Assembly: GCA_965215335.1 (NCBI GenBank)
Contig: CBDCDA010000002.1
Location: 544,001-608,000 of the forward strand
DNA from: an uncultured Candidatus Entotheonella sp.
Lineage (GTDB): Bacteria > Tectomicrobia > Entotheonellia > Entotheonellales > Entotheonellaceae
Direction of reading: 5' to 3'
Length of the DNA stretch: 64,000 nucleotides
Below, in pieces: positions 1 through 9,118 of this stretch. The notes below the pieces were generated by a model. It did no database searches and was not told the DNA's origin. It saw nothing but the letters and a program-made list of their open reading frames with translations. The position numbers were made by a program, and so were the translations under genes. The stretch's first letter is position 1. Each line of letters starts with the position of its first letter.

Positions 1-526
1 ACGCATGCTGGAGCAGGTCCGCGCGTTCCACGCCCCCGTCATCGCCATGATTCACGGCTTTTGCATGGGCGGCGGGCTGGAATTGGCCGCCACCTGCGAT
101 ATCCGCCTCGCCGCCGATACGGGTGTTTTCTGCATGCCGCCAGCGCGCCTCGGCACCCTCTATTCCGGCGCGGGCTTGCTGCGTTTCGTCAACCTGATCG
201 GTATCGCCAACACCTGCGAGATCTTCTACACCGCCTGCCGCTTCGACGCCCAACGCGCCCGCCAAATGGGCTTGGTCAACCACGTCGTCCCGGCAACTGA
301 ACTCGAACAACGCACGAACGACGTGGCGCGCCAGATCGTGCACAACGCCCCGTTGTCGGTAAAAAACACCAAAACGTCCCTGGCACACGTCCTGCGGTTT
401 CAGGATTTTTCACAGCACACCGAGACCCTCGAACGCCTGCGTGACGCGTGCATGCAGAGCGACGACTTCCAGGAAGGCCGCCGCGCCTTTCTGGAGAAAC
501 GGCCGCCGGTGTTTCGCGGCGGCTAG
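1..526 (+). CDS. enoyl-CoA hydratase/isomerase family protein (5'-truncated by window edge)
   Basis: PVIAMIHGFCMGGGLELA crotonase motif; C-terminal DFQEGRRAFLEKRPPVF. Confidence 0.9.
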   Translation, partial: RMLEQVRAFHAPVIAMIHGFCMGGGLELAATCDIRLAADTGVFCMPPARLGTLYSGAGLLRFVNLIGIANTCEIFYTACRFDAQRARQMGLVNHVVPATELEQRTNDVARQIVHNAPLSVKNTKTSLAHVLRFQDFSQHTETLERLRDACMQSDDFQEGRRAFLEKRPPVFRGG

Positions 527-686
527 GACGGCGTTACCGGGCAAGCCGCCGTCACCCCGCCCTGCCCATCTCTCCGCCCCCCCACGCACAACTCCTCCCG
601 TTTTTCCTGCCGCAGTTCAGGGGCGGGCCTCCCAGCCCGCCCTCCCCGCCCGGCCAGCGCGGCGCGAAAAACCCGGACAGGAAACT

Positions 687-1079
687 TCAGTCCTGCATGT
701 CAGGTACGAGCCGGATGAGCACCTCGGTGCCGTCGGCGAAGGCTTTGCGCAGCCGCGGCCCCAGGATGAGCCAGCGCAGCCAGTAACGCCGGCGGTAGGT
801 GCGCAGGAGGCGTGCCTGCAATTCGGGGACGCCTTCGAGAAGCTGCGCGCCGCACGACAAGCCGGGGCCGCTCGGACTGCCGACATGCACCGTCACCCGC
901 CCGGTCTGACGGATGCGGCGCACCTTCAGGGTGTCCCGCTGGCTGCAGAAATAGATGGCGTCGTCATCCAGCAGGAACAGGACCGGCACGGTGCCGGTCC
1001 TGCCGTTGGCGCTGAAGGTGGTCAAATAAAGAAGCTTGGCGCGTTGCAGAGCGCGCCGAGATTCCGGGGGAAAGGTCAT
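687..1079 (-). CDS. pyridoxamine 5'-phosphate oxidase-like (split-barrel flavin/F420-binding) protein
   Basis: LYLTTFSANGRTGTVPVLF...TLKVRRIRQTGRVTV pattern; start chosen at ATG 1079. Confidence 0.7.
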   Translation of the reverse strand: MTFPPESRRALQRAKLLYLTTFSANGRTGTVPVLFLLDDDAIYFCSQRDTLKVRRIRQTGRVTVHVGSPSGPGLSCGAQLLEGVPELQARLLRTYRRRYWLRWLILGPRLRKAFADGTEVLIRLVPDMQD

Positions 1080-1308
1080 GTCGTCACACTCGGCCACGTC
1101 CCTGCCGGGAGCGGCTAATGATTGTCGAGGATTCAGGTAGAGGGCCAAGCGGTCATGGTATCGCAAACCCGTCACCGTTTGCCAACGGCTTCCGGTGCGC
1201 TCCGCATTTGACAATTCCCGCCTGTTCTGAGAAGGTCACGCTCAGGTATTCCCGTGCCACCTGCTCGTCGCAAGGTTCCCCGGCCACCGACTCGCCCGGA
1301 CGCATCCA

Positions 1309-2547
1309 TTGAAGCTGCTGTACCTGCTCGTCGGAATTCTGTTCCTCAGCCCGGCCACCGTTACGTGGTCACAACCGGACGCCACTGCCGGCAAGGCAGT
1401 CTATGAACGCCTGTGCGTGAGCTGCCATGGCCCGGACGGCCGCGGCGGACGCATGGCGCTCATGCTGCCGGTGCCGCCGCCTAACCTCGCCGATCCGACC
1501 TACATGCAAAGCCGCTCGACAGAACACCTGTTCGGCGTCATCAGAGACGGCAGCGCCGCGGTGGGGTTATCCAACGCCATGCCAGGCTTTGGCGGCCAGC
1601 TGGACGACCAGAACATCCGCAACACGGTCGCCTACGTGCGGACGCTGTCCGGAGTGCAACCGGTGATACCCGCCGATGCCGAAACCGCAACACCGGCCAC
1701 CGAGCCGCCGGCTGATTTACGAATCGCGCGGCTGCAGCTTTCCATCTGGCCGGAATACGATGACCCTCGCGTACTGCTCATCGTGCGGGGCGAATTGGCG
1801 CCAGGAACTGCCTTCCCGACGCGCGTCACCCTGCCCATTCCCAAGGGCGCGGAACTGATCGGCGCCGGCATGGTCTCCGAACTGGGAGAGCTCCTCCTGC
1901 ATCCGCACCGCGTCATTCCCGGCGACGCCTCGGACAGCCTGGAAATCACCCTGCCCGCGCTGCGTTTCTTCGCCGAACTCTATTACGATCCCTTCGCGAC
2001 CCCCGGCGACGCCAAGCGATTCAGTTATACGTTCGAGGCGCCTTACCCGATCAACCAATTCAGCATCGCTGTCCAGAAGCCTTACACGGCCACCGAATTC
2101 GTCACCGAACCGCCCGCCATGACTCGGGAAAGCGAGGGCCGCGACACCACATACCACCTCTTCACATACCGCGATGTCGCGGCCGGACAGGCGACGACGT
2201 TCACCGTCAGCTACGTGAAAACCGACCCGGAACCGTCCGTTCCCAAAGCCGACAACGCGCCGGCTGCCAGCCCCGCCGCCCGGGGACCCCAAGACCGCAT
2301 GCTGATTTATTTCGGCATCCTGGCGGGCGTCATCGCCGCGTACGTGCTGGCCACCCTCCTGTGGACCGCTTGCCGGCGCCGTCATGCAATCGCCGCAACG
2401 CCCGAGGAGCCGCTCCTGCCGTTGCCCGTGCCGTCTGCTCCGCCGGTCGCCCCTGCCGCAGCCAATTTCTGCAGCAACTGCGGCCGCACGCTCGACGCCG
2501 ATTACGCCTTCTGCCCCGGCTGCGGCCATGCCGTTCGCGTGTCGTAG
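1309..2547 (+). CDS. exported c-type cytochrome fused to an unknown extracytoplasmic domain, a TM helix and a C-terminal zinc ribbon
   Basis: signal peptide; CVSCH heme motif with distal AMPGF; hydrophobic segment MLIYFGILAGVIAAYVLATLLW; CSNC-x10-CPGC. Confidence 0.8.
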   Translation: MKLLYLLVGILFLSPATVTWSQPDATAGKAVYERLCVSCHGPDGRGGRMALMLPVPPPNLADPTYMQSRSTEHLFGVIRDGSAAVGLSNAMPGFGGQLDDQNIRNTVAYVRTLSGVQPVIPADAETATPATEPPADLRIARLQLSIWPEYDDPRVLLIVRGELAPGTAFPTRVTLPIPKGAELIGAGMVSELGELLLHPHRVIPGDASDSLEITLPALRFFAELYYDPFATPGDAKRFSYTFEAPYPINQFSIAVQKPYTATEFVTEPPAMTRESEGRDTTYHLFTYRDVAAGQATTFTVSYVKTDPEPSVPKADNAPAASPAARGPQDRMLIYFGILAGVIAAYVLATLLWTACRRRHAIAATPEEPLLPLPVPSAPPVAPAAANFCSNCGRTLDADYAFCPGCGHAVRVS

Positions 2548-2680
2548 ACAGCGCGCGAATCCGACCCGCATGATCCAGCAGCGCTTTGGCCCTTGTTTTC
2601 CACGTCGCTGACCGTTACCGTAAACCCTCCGAAACGAGTGGGGACCTGTGCGTGAACGTTTCAGATAAGCGGGAATCTGG

Positions 2681-3298
2681 ATGGAAAAAGTTTTCATTTA
2701 CTGGGACAACTCCAACATTTTCATCAGTGCTCAGCAAGTCGCCGCCGAGTTGGAGGGTGAAGAGGCACGCGCCCGGGCGCGGATTCATTTCCCGAATCTG
2801 GTTACCTTGGCGCACGGTGGGCGGGAGATTCAGCGCGCTATCGCCGTCGGTTCCGTACCCCCGGAACTGAAGCACGTCTGGAACCGCTTGGAAAACGAGG
2901 GCGTCACGGTTCAACTATCGGAAAGGGGCGCCCTGCATGGCCGCGAAGTCGGTGTCGACCAAGCCCTGCAAACCGCGATGCTGCGAGACACGGTGGACTA
3001 CAACGGCGACCCGGGCATCGTGGTGCTGCTGACCGGCGACGGGAGCGGTTTCGCGGACGGCGTTGGGTTTCACGCCGACCTGGAGCGCATGTACCAGCGC
3101 GATTGGCGCATCGAAGTGTTGTCGTGGCGTCATAGTTGTAATCGACGGATGCGAGAATGGGCCGAGACGAGTGGCAAATTCATCGCCTTGAATGATTTCT
3201 ATGACAGCATCACCTTTCTGGAAGCACCGGCGCCGGGCCGACCGGCTGCCGACCCGCGTTACGCCGTCCCGCTGGACTTGAGCAGACGTCCGGTCTGA
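2681..3298 (+). CDS. NYN domain (PIN-like) protein
   Basis: VFIYWDNSNI, EVGVD and VLLTGDG acidic motifs of the NYN/LabA family. Confidence 0.85.
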   Translation: MEKVFIYWDNSNIFISAQQVAAELEGEEARARARIHFPNLVTLAHGGREIQRAIAVGSVPPELKHVWNRLENEGVTVQLSERGALHGREVGVDQALQTAMLRDTVDYNGDPGIVVLLTGDGSGFADGVGFHADLERMYQRDWRIEVLSWRHSCNRRMREWAETSGKFIALNDFYDSITFLEAPAPGRPAADPRYAVPLDLSRRPV

Positions 3299-3355
3299 CC
3301 AAGTGGCGTACTTCCGGCCCCGGCACCCGCCTCCAAAGCCTTGCTCGGCGTTCCG

Positions 3356-5440
3356 TCAATCCCGGTCCGGAATCGCACGTATCTGCTCCAGCCACAGCGT
3401 GGCCTCGGCGTCGCTGGGCGCACGATAATCGCCGCGCGGCGAGAGAGAGCCGCCGGAGCCGACCTTGGGGGCGTTGGGCACGCAGCTGCGCTTGAACTGG
3501 CTGAGTTGAAAGAAACGCTCGGCGAATACCGTCAGCCACCGCTTGATCTCGGCAATGCCGTAAGCGTGGCGCCGGTCGGGGGGGATATCGGGCCAGCGGC
3601 CGCCGAACGCGTCGTGCCAGCAGCAATAGGCCAGGAAGGCGATTTTGGTGGGCAGGTAGCCGAGACGGGTGGTGTAGTACAGGAAGAAATCGTGCAATTC
3701 GTACGGGCCAATGGCCGCCTCGGTACGCTGGCTGGGCTGGCCCGCGTCGTCCTGGCCGGGCACCAGTTCAGGGCTGACTTCCGTTTCCAGCACATCTTGC
3801 AGGACGCGGCTGACGCCGTCGCCCAGCTGATCCGTTTCGGCGACCCAGCGAATGAGGTGGCGGATCAGCGTCTTGGGCACGCTGGCGTTGACGTTGTAGT
3901 GCGACATGTGATCCCCGATGCCGTAGGTTGACCAGCCGAGGGCCAATTCGCTCAGGTCGCCGGTCCCCACCACCAGGCCGTTGCAATGGTTGGCGAGCCG
4001 GAACAGGTGGCTGGTGCGCTCGCCGGCCTGCACGTTTTCGAACGTCACGTCATACACCGGAGCTGGCGGGTCAGGCCAGGGCTTGCCGGCCAAGGGATGG
4101 CCGAGGTCGCGCAACATCTGTTCGCAGCTCGGGCGGATGTCGAGCTCGTGCGCCTCACAGCCGATCGCCGTCATCAGCGTGTGGGCGCTGCGCAGGGTGC
4201 GCTGGCTGGTGGCGAAGCCGGGCATGGTGTAGCCCTTGATATTGCGGCGTGGATGCCCCAGCACGTCCAGGGCGCGTGCCGCCACGATCAGCGCCTGGGT
4301 CGAATCGAGACCGCCGGAAATGCCGATCACCAGGTTCTCGATGCCCGTGCTGCGCAGTCGCTTCACCAGCCCCTGCACCTGGATGTTGTACGCCTCGTAA
4401 CAGCGCCGGTTGCGCATCGCGGGATTGCCGGGGACGTATGGAAACCGGTCGTATTGACGCCGACAAAGCAGGCGCTCCTGGCGATGTGGCGGACCGACCG
4501 CGACGTGTACCTCGTGGAACCGCGCTGCCGCCTCGGCATGGCGTTGGACGCTTTGAGCAAATGTCGTCTGGCGCATGCGTTCCTGCGACAGACGCTCGAC
4601 ATCCAGCTCCGCCAACACCAGCTGCGAGTCGTACCGGAAACGCTCCGACTCGGCCACCAGCGTGCCGTTTTCGTAAACCATGGCGTGGCCGTCCCAGGCG
4701 AGATCCGTGGTCGATTCGCCTGCCCCGGCAGCAGTGTACAGGTAGGCCGCCAAGCAGCACGCCGACTGGTTGGCCACCAGGCTGTGGCGGTATTCGTCCT
4801 TGCCAATGGTGACGTTCGACGCCGACAGGTTCACGAGCACTGTCGCCCCGGCCATGGCGGCGTAGCTTGACGGCGGAATGGGCACCCACAGGTCCTCGCA
4901 AATCTCCACGAAAAACGACCACGACGGGTTGCCGCCGACACGAAACAGTAACCGCTCGCCAAAAGGCACGTCCTGACCACACAGGCTGACGCGGGCGCGC
5001 CGGGCCGCAGCCGCCGGGGCGAACTGGCGCATTTCATAATATTCCCGATAGTTGGGCAGGAAGGTCTTGGGCACCACACCCAGAATGCGGCCCTGATGCA
5101 GGACTGCGGCGCAGTTGAACAGCAGGTGGTCCACCTGCAGCGGCAGACCGACGACGGCGATCAGGTGGGCGTCCCGCGTCGCCCGCAACATGGTATCGAG
5201 CGCCGCCCGGGCACCGTCGAGCAGCGTTTGCTGGTGGAACAGGTCGTCGCACGAATAGGCCGTCAGGCCAAGTTCCGGGAACACCACCAGCAGGGCTTTG
5301 GCGGCCTCTGCCTGCTCGACCAGCGCCACCGTGCGGGCAGCGTTGAAAGCGGGGTCCGCCACCCGCACTTCGGGAATGCCCAGGGCGACGCGGATGAAAC
5401 CATGCCGGTAAAAATTGAAGAACTCGCCGCCCGACTGCAC
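3356..5440 (-). CDS. nadE: glutamine-dependent NAD(+) synthetase
   Basis: nitrilase domain (FPEL, EICEDLW) plus [10 protein letters not shown] and [10 protein letters not shown] synthetase motifs. Confidence 0.97.
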   Translation of the reverse strand: MQSGGEFFNFYRHGFIRVALGIPEVRVADPAFNAARTVALVEQAEAAKALLVVFPELGLTAYSCDDLFHQQTLLDGARAALDTMLRATRDAHLIAVVGLPLQVDHLLFNCAAVLHQGRILGVVPKTFLPNYREYYEMRQFAPAAAARRARVSLCGQDVPFGERLLFRVGGNPSWSFFVEICEDLWVPIPPSSYAAMAGATVLVNLSASNVTIGKDEYRHSLVANQSACCLAAYLYTAAGAGESTTDLAWDGHAMVYENGTLVAESERFRYDSQLVLAELDVERLSQERMRQTTFAQSVQRHAEAAARFHEVHVAVGPPHRQERLLCRRQYDRFPYVPGNPAMRNRRCYEAYNIQVQGLVKRLRSTGIENLVIGISGGLDSTQALIVAARALDVLGHPRRNIKGYTMPGFATSQRTLRSAHTLMTAIGCEAHELDIRPSCEQMLRDLGHPLAGKPWPDPPAPVYDVTFENVQAGERTSHLFRLANHCNGLVVGTGDLSELALGWSTYGIGDHMSHYNVNASVPKTLIRHLIRWVAETDQLGDGVSRVLQDVLETEVSPELVPGQDDAGQPSQRTEAAIGPYELHDFFLYYTTRLGYLPTKIAFLAYCCWHDAFGGRWPDIPPDRRHAYGIAEIKRWLTVFAERFFQLSQFKRSCVPNAPKVGSGGSLSPRGDYRAPSDAEATLWLEQIRAIPDRD

Positions 5441-5690
5441 CGCCGAAACCTCTCGACAACCTTGAATTCACGCCAATAACGGCGCGTAGCCTGCATCACG
5501 CCAGCGGAATTGTCAACCTGACCGAAACCGCAGGGCCGGCGGCTCTTGCCCCCGGCCTTTCGGCTTGTCCAGCACGGGGCATTTTGCCATAATTGCCATC
5601 TCACGTGGAACCCTCCCGGCGGCATGTCCGGAGGCAAAACGGCAATTTGGTGAGGCCTGATTGAGTCCGCCGATTTTACCCCTTGCTGAC

Positions 5691-5794
5691 CGTCACTCCG
5701 GCGAAAGCCGGAGTCCGAAGGCTTTCCGCAGACAAAGAGCCTGCCTCGGACCGGCTCCAGGGCCACCGGATTCCGGGCCAGGCCCGGAATGACG
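5691..5794. repeat. paired inverted REP-like palindromes
   Basis: CGTCACTCCGGCGAAAGCCGGAGTCC ... GGATTCCGGGCCAGGCCCGGAATGACG; related pair at 9001-9082. Confidence 0.75.
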
Positions 5795-5844
5795 CTTGGG
5801 GGTGTTGGCAGACCATTTTTGTACTGGATCTGCGAGGACACGGC

Positions 5845-7146
5845 ATGCACCGCCATACCTGGCGCCTGGAGATCGGCACCTTCCCGGTGCGGCGCCTCGC
5901 CTTTGCCTCCCGGACAGCCTACGAAAACGGCACCTTGTTCATCGACCGCGCGAGGCTTCGGACCCGCGTCGCCGAGCCCGCCGCCATTGCCGATATTGCC
6001 GTGCATCTTGCGCATCCAGACGAATCCTGCCGCATCGTGCACATCCTGGATGCGGTGTCTCCAATGGTCAAAGTGGCCGGCCCATCAACGGTCTATCCCG
6101 GCTTTTTCGGCAGCGCGCTGCCGGCCGGCAGCGGCCGCACCCACGTGTTGGGCAACGCCGCCGTCCTGGTCAGCGCGACGTTTCCGGCTCCCACCAGCGG
6201 CGCCCTGTCCGCCACCGAGGCCATCGTTGATATGAGCGGCCCGACCGCGGCATGCTGCGCCTTTTCGCACACCGCTAACGTGGTCCTGGTCTGCCGCCCC
6301 GCCCCCAACGCCAGCAACGCCGACTTCGACGCCGCCCTGCAGCGCGCCAAGCTCAAGGCCGCCGTGTACCTCGCCGAGGTCACCGCAGGACTCGATCCAC
6401 CCCGGACCGAGGTGCGTGAACTGCAACCCGTTGACGATGCCCTGCCCCGTATCGTTTTTGTCGATCAACTCCACCAGCAGGGCCTCCTGGCACAGACGTT
6501 CCTGTACGGCCGACACACGCAGGGGCTGGAGCCGACCCTGCTGCACCCGAACGAAATGCTCGACGGCGCCCTGGTCAGCGGCAACTACCGGCAGCCGGGG
6601 CGCTCCATCACCTACGGGCACAGCCGCAACGACGTCGTGCGCGAGCTGTACCGGCGCCACGGCCACGATGTCAACTTCCTCGGCGCGGTAATTGGCCGCG
6701 GCTGGCAGGACACGCAGGCGCTGAAGGAACGCCAGGGCTGGATGATGGCGCGCCTCGCCAGCCTGTCGAACGCCCAGGCAGCCGTTGTGTCGGCGGACGT
6801 TGGCGGCACCGGCGGCAACAATACCATCGACTTCATGCAGACGATCAAGGCATGCGAGCAAATGGGCATTCGCACCGTCGCCATCATGCAGGAGGCGGGC
6901 AACGCCGACGGCAGCAATCCGACCCTTGTCGATCACGCCCCGGAAGCCGATGCCCTTGTCAGCGTGGGCGGCGTCGGCTGGGACATCCCGCTGGCCCCCG
7001 CGGTGTCGCGCGTCATCGGCGGCGCCACCGTGCAGCCGGACCGTGCCCGGGAACCCCTGGATGCCGCCGGGCCGTTGCAAGTCGCCTGCTGGTACGGCGC
7101 CGTGTGGAAGCGCGCGTTGCGGGGCCTGGCGGCGGTGGACGCCTGA
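5845..7146 (+). CDS. glycine/sarcosine/betaine reductase complex B subunit alpha/beta (GrdE/GrdG/GrdI-like)
   Basis: LEIGTFPV, PTLLHPNEMLDGALVSGN, ACEQMGIRTVAI and DALVSVG motifs; GAGGA RBS before ATG 5845. Confidence 0.85.
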   Translation: MHRHTWRLEIGTFPVRRLAFASRTAYENGTLFIDRARLRTRVAEPAAIADIAVHLAHPDESCRIVHILDAVSPMVKVAGPSTVYPGFFGSALPAGSGRTHVLGNAAVLVSATFPAPTSGALSATEAIVDMSGPTAACCAFSHTANVVLVCRPAPNASNADFDAALQRAKLKAAVYLAEVTAGLDPPRTEVRELQPVDDALPRIVFVDQLHQQGLLAQTFLYGRHTQGLEPTLLHPNEMLDGALVSGNYRQPGRSITYGHSRNDVVRELYRRHGHDVNFLGAVIGRGWQDTQALKERQGWMMARLASLSNAQAAVVSADVGGTGGNNTIDFMQTIKACEQMGIRTVAIMQEAGNADGSNPTLVDHAPEADALVSVGGVGWDIPLAPAVSRVIGGATVQPDRAREPLDAAGPLQVACWYGAVWKRALRGLAAVDA

Positions 7147-7172
7147 ATCGTCATGAATATAGGACAGCAAAC

Positions 7173-8510
7173 ATGACTGCTGACGACGCTCGCCCCTTGC
7201 GTCTGGTGCATTACCTCAATGCCTTTTTCGGTGGCATCGGTGGCGAGGCCGAGGCGTATCACGCCGTGGAAATGCACGCCGGCCCGCTGGGGCCGGGAAA
7301 CCTGTTGCAGCAACTGTGCGCCGGGCGGGCCGAGGTCGTCGGCACCGTGGTCTGCGGCGACGGCTACTTCGGCGAGCACGAGGCAGCGGTGGTAGAGCGC
7401 GTGCGGCAATACGTGCGACAACAGGCCGCCGATGCCTTCATCGCCGGTCCGGCCTTCGGCTCCGGGCGGTACGGGCTGGCCTGTGGCCGGCTGTGCCTGG
7501 AAATCGAACGCCTGGGGATTCCCGCGGTCACCGGCCTGCACGCCGAGAACCCCGGCGGCGAGGTGTTCCTGCCTCGGCACATCTTCGCCGTTGACACCGC
7601 GGCGAGCGCCGCCGGCATGCGGCCGGCCCTGCAGCGCATGACCGCCCTGGCGCTGAAGCGCGCCCGCAGCGAACCCCTCGGCTCGGCAGTGCAAGAGGGC
7701 TTTCTGCCCCGCGACGTGCGCCGGACGGTGGACACCGGCATACCGGCGGCGACGCGGGCCGTGGACCTCGTGCTGCGCAAGTGGAAAGGCGAGCCTTATG
7801 CCAGTGAAATCACCATCGAGACGTTCGAGCCAGTGCCGCCTCCCGCGCCGCTTGCCGACCCGAGCCGCGTGCTCTTTGCGCTGGTCACCGAGTGCGGTCT
7901 GGTGCCCAAGGGCAACCCCGACCGCCTGCCCGCCGCCGGGGCCAGCCATTGGGCGGCGTATGCCATCGGTGACATGCCGAGGCTGGTGCCGGACGATTGG
8001 GAGATCGTGCACGGCGGCTATGACAACACCGCGGCGTTGCTGGACCCCAACCGCGTCGTGCCCCTGGACGCCATGCGCGCCCTGCAGCGGGAGGGACGCA
8101 TCGGCGGGCTGCTGGACGACCTGCTGGTCACCGTCGGCAATCTCGCCAGCCTCAGCGCCATGAAGAAAATCGGCGCCGACATGGCCGCCACCCTGAAGCA
8201 GCGCGGTGTCGGCGCCGTCGTGCTGCCGGCGACGTGAGGCACCGGCACGCGTAGCGGTGCTACGATCGCCAAAGCCTGCGAACGCGAGGGCATTCCAACC
8301 GCCCTGGCAACCTGCCTGTATACCGTGGCGACGCGCGTCGGCGCCAACCGCATCGTGCGCGGCGGGCGCTTCCACCATCCTTTCGGCGACCCGGCGGACC
8401 CGCCGGCGACGCAATACGCCTGGCGACGCGCGTTTGCCGAGCGCCTGTTGCACGCCCTGCGCGCGCCGGTTCGGGAGCCGACCGTGTTCGACGTCGAACC
8501 ACCCATCTGA
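7173..8510 (+). CDS. glycine/betaine/sarcosine reductase family selenoprotein B (GrdB/GrdF/GrdH-like); TGA 8235-8237 read as Sec
   Basis: VHYLNAFFGGIGGE, AGPAFGSGRYGLACG, VPKGNPD, HGGYD and DPNRVVPLD motifs; frame continues past TGA as UGTGTRSGATIAKACEREGIP...VGANRIV...HPFGDP to the stop at 8510. Confidence 0.93.
8244..8270 (+). promoter_or_regulatory. SECIS-like hairpin
   Basis: GGC-ACG-CGTAGC-GGT-GCTACG-ATC-GCC: perfect 6-bp stem with a GGU apical loop starting 19 nt after the in-frame TGA. Confidence 0.8.
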
Positions 8511-8525
8511 CCAACCGGAGAACCG

Positions 8526-8897
8526 ATGATCGACTATACCGTCTACAAATTCGTCCACTTCCTCGGCATCATCATGATCTTCGTCAGCCTCGGCGGCGTC
8601 ATGGTGCACGTCTTCAACGGCGGCGCCAAGGCCGACAACGTCTGGGGCAAGCCGGCAGGCATCACGCACGGCATCGGGCTGCTTCTCGTCCTGCTTGGCG
8701 GCTTCGGCATGATGGCGCGTCTGGGCATTCCCTGGCCGTGGCCGGGCTGGCTGTTCGTCAAACTGGCGGTCTGGCTCGTGCTAGGCGGCGTCACGAGCCT
8801 GGTCTACCGCCTCGGGGCGAGCGGCAAGATCCTGTGGGCCGTGGTGGTGCTGCTCGGCGCCATCGCCGCGTACATGGCCGTCATGAAACCCCTCTGA
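8526..8897 (+). CDS. small four-TM membrane protein (SirB2/CopD-like)
   Basis: four hydrophobic segments with KFVHFLG, HGIGL and WLFVKLAVW; GGAGA RBS. Confidence 0.75.
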   Translation: MIDYTVYKFVHFLGIIMIFVSLGGVMVHVFNGGAKADNVWGKPAGITHGIGLLLVLLGGFGMMARLGIPWPWPGWLFVKLAVWLVLGGVTSLVYRLGASGKILWAVVVLLGAIAAYMAVMKPL

Positions 8898-9000
8898 ACA
8901 GTCATCCGTGGCACCAGAATCGCGCCGATGGCTCACCGTTCAAAAGCGGCAGGCTTTGCCAAAGCCACTTGCAGAGCTAATTGGAACAGGTCCCCAGGCC

Positions 9001-9082
9001 CGTCACTCCCGCGAGCGGGAGTCCAGGATTTCCGGGGGTCAAGGGCCTGCCCAGACTCGATTCGGGTCAAGCCCGGAATGAC
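9001..9082. repeat. paired inverted REP-like palindromes
   Basis: CGTCACTCCCGCGAGCGGGAGTCC ... GATTCGGGTCAAGCCCGGAATGAC; same family as 5691-5794. Confidence 0.7.
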
Positions 9083-9118
9083 CCTCGCGGGTGTCCGTCA
9101 CAGCAAAGGACATGATAC

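Noticed and set aside
6852..8237. ORF-track call ending at TGA 8237 plus separate ORF 8325-8510, or a pseudogene interpretation
   Set aside because: Same frame, continuous GrdB similarity, a SECIS-like hairpin and selC indicate one selenoprotein starting at 7173.
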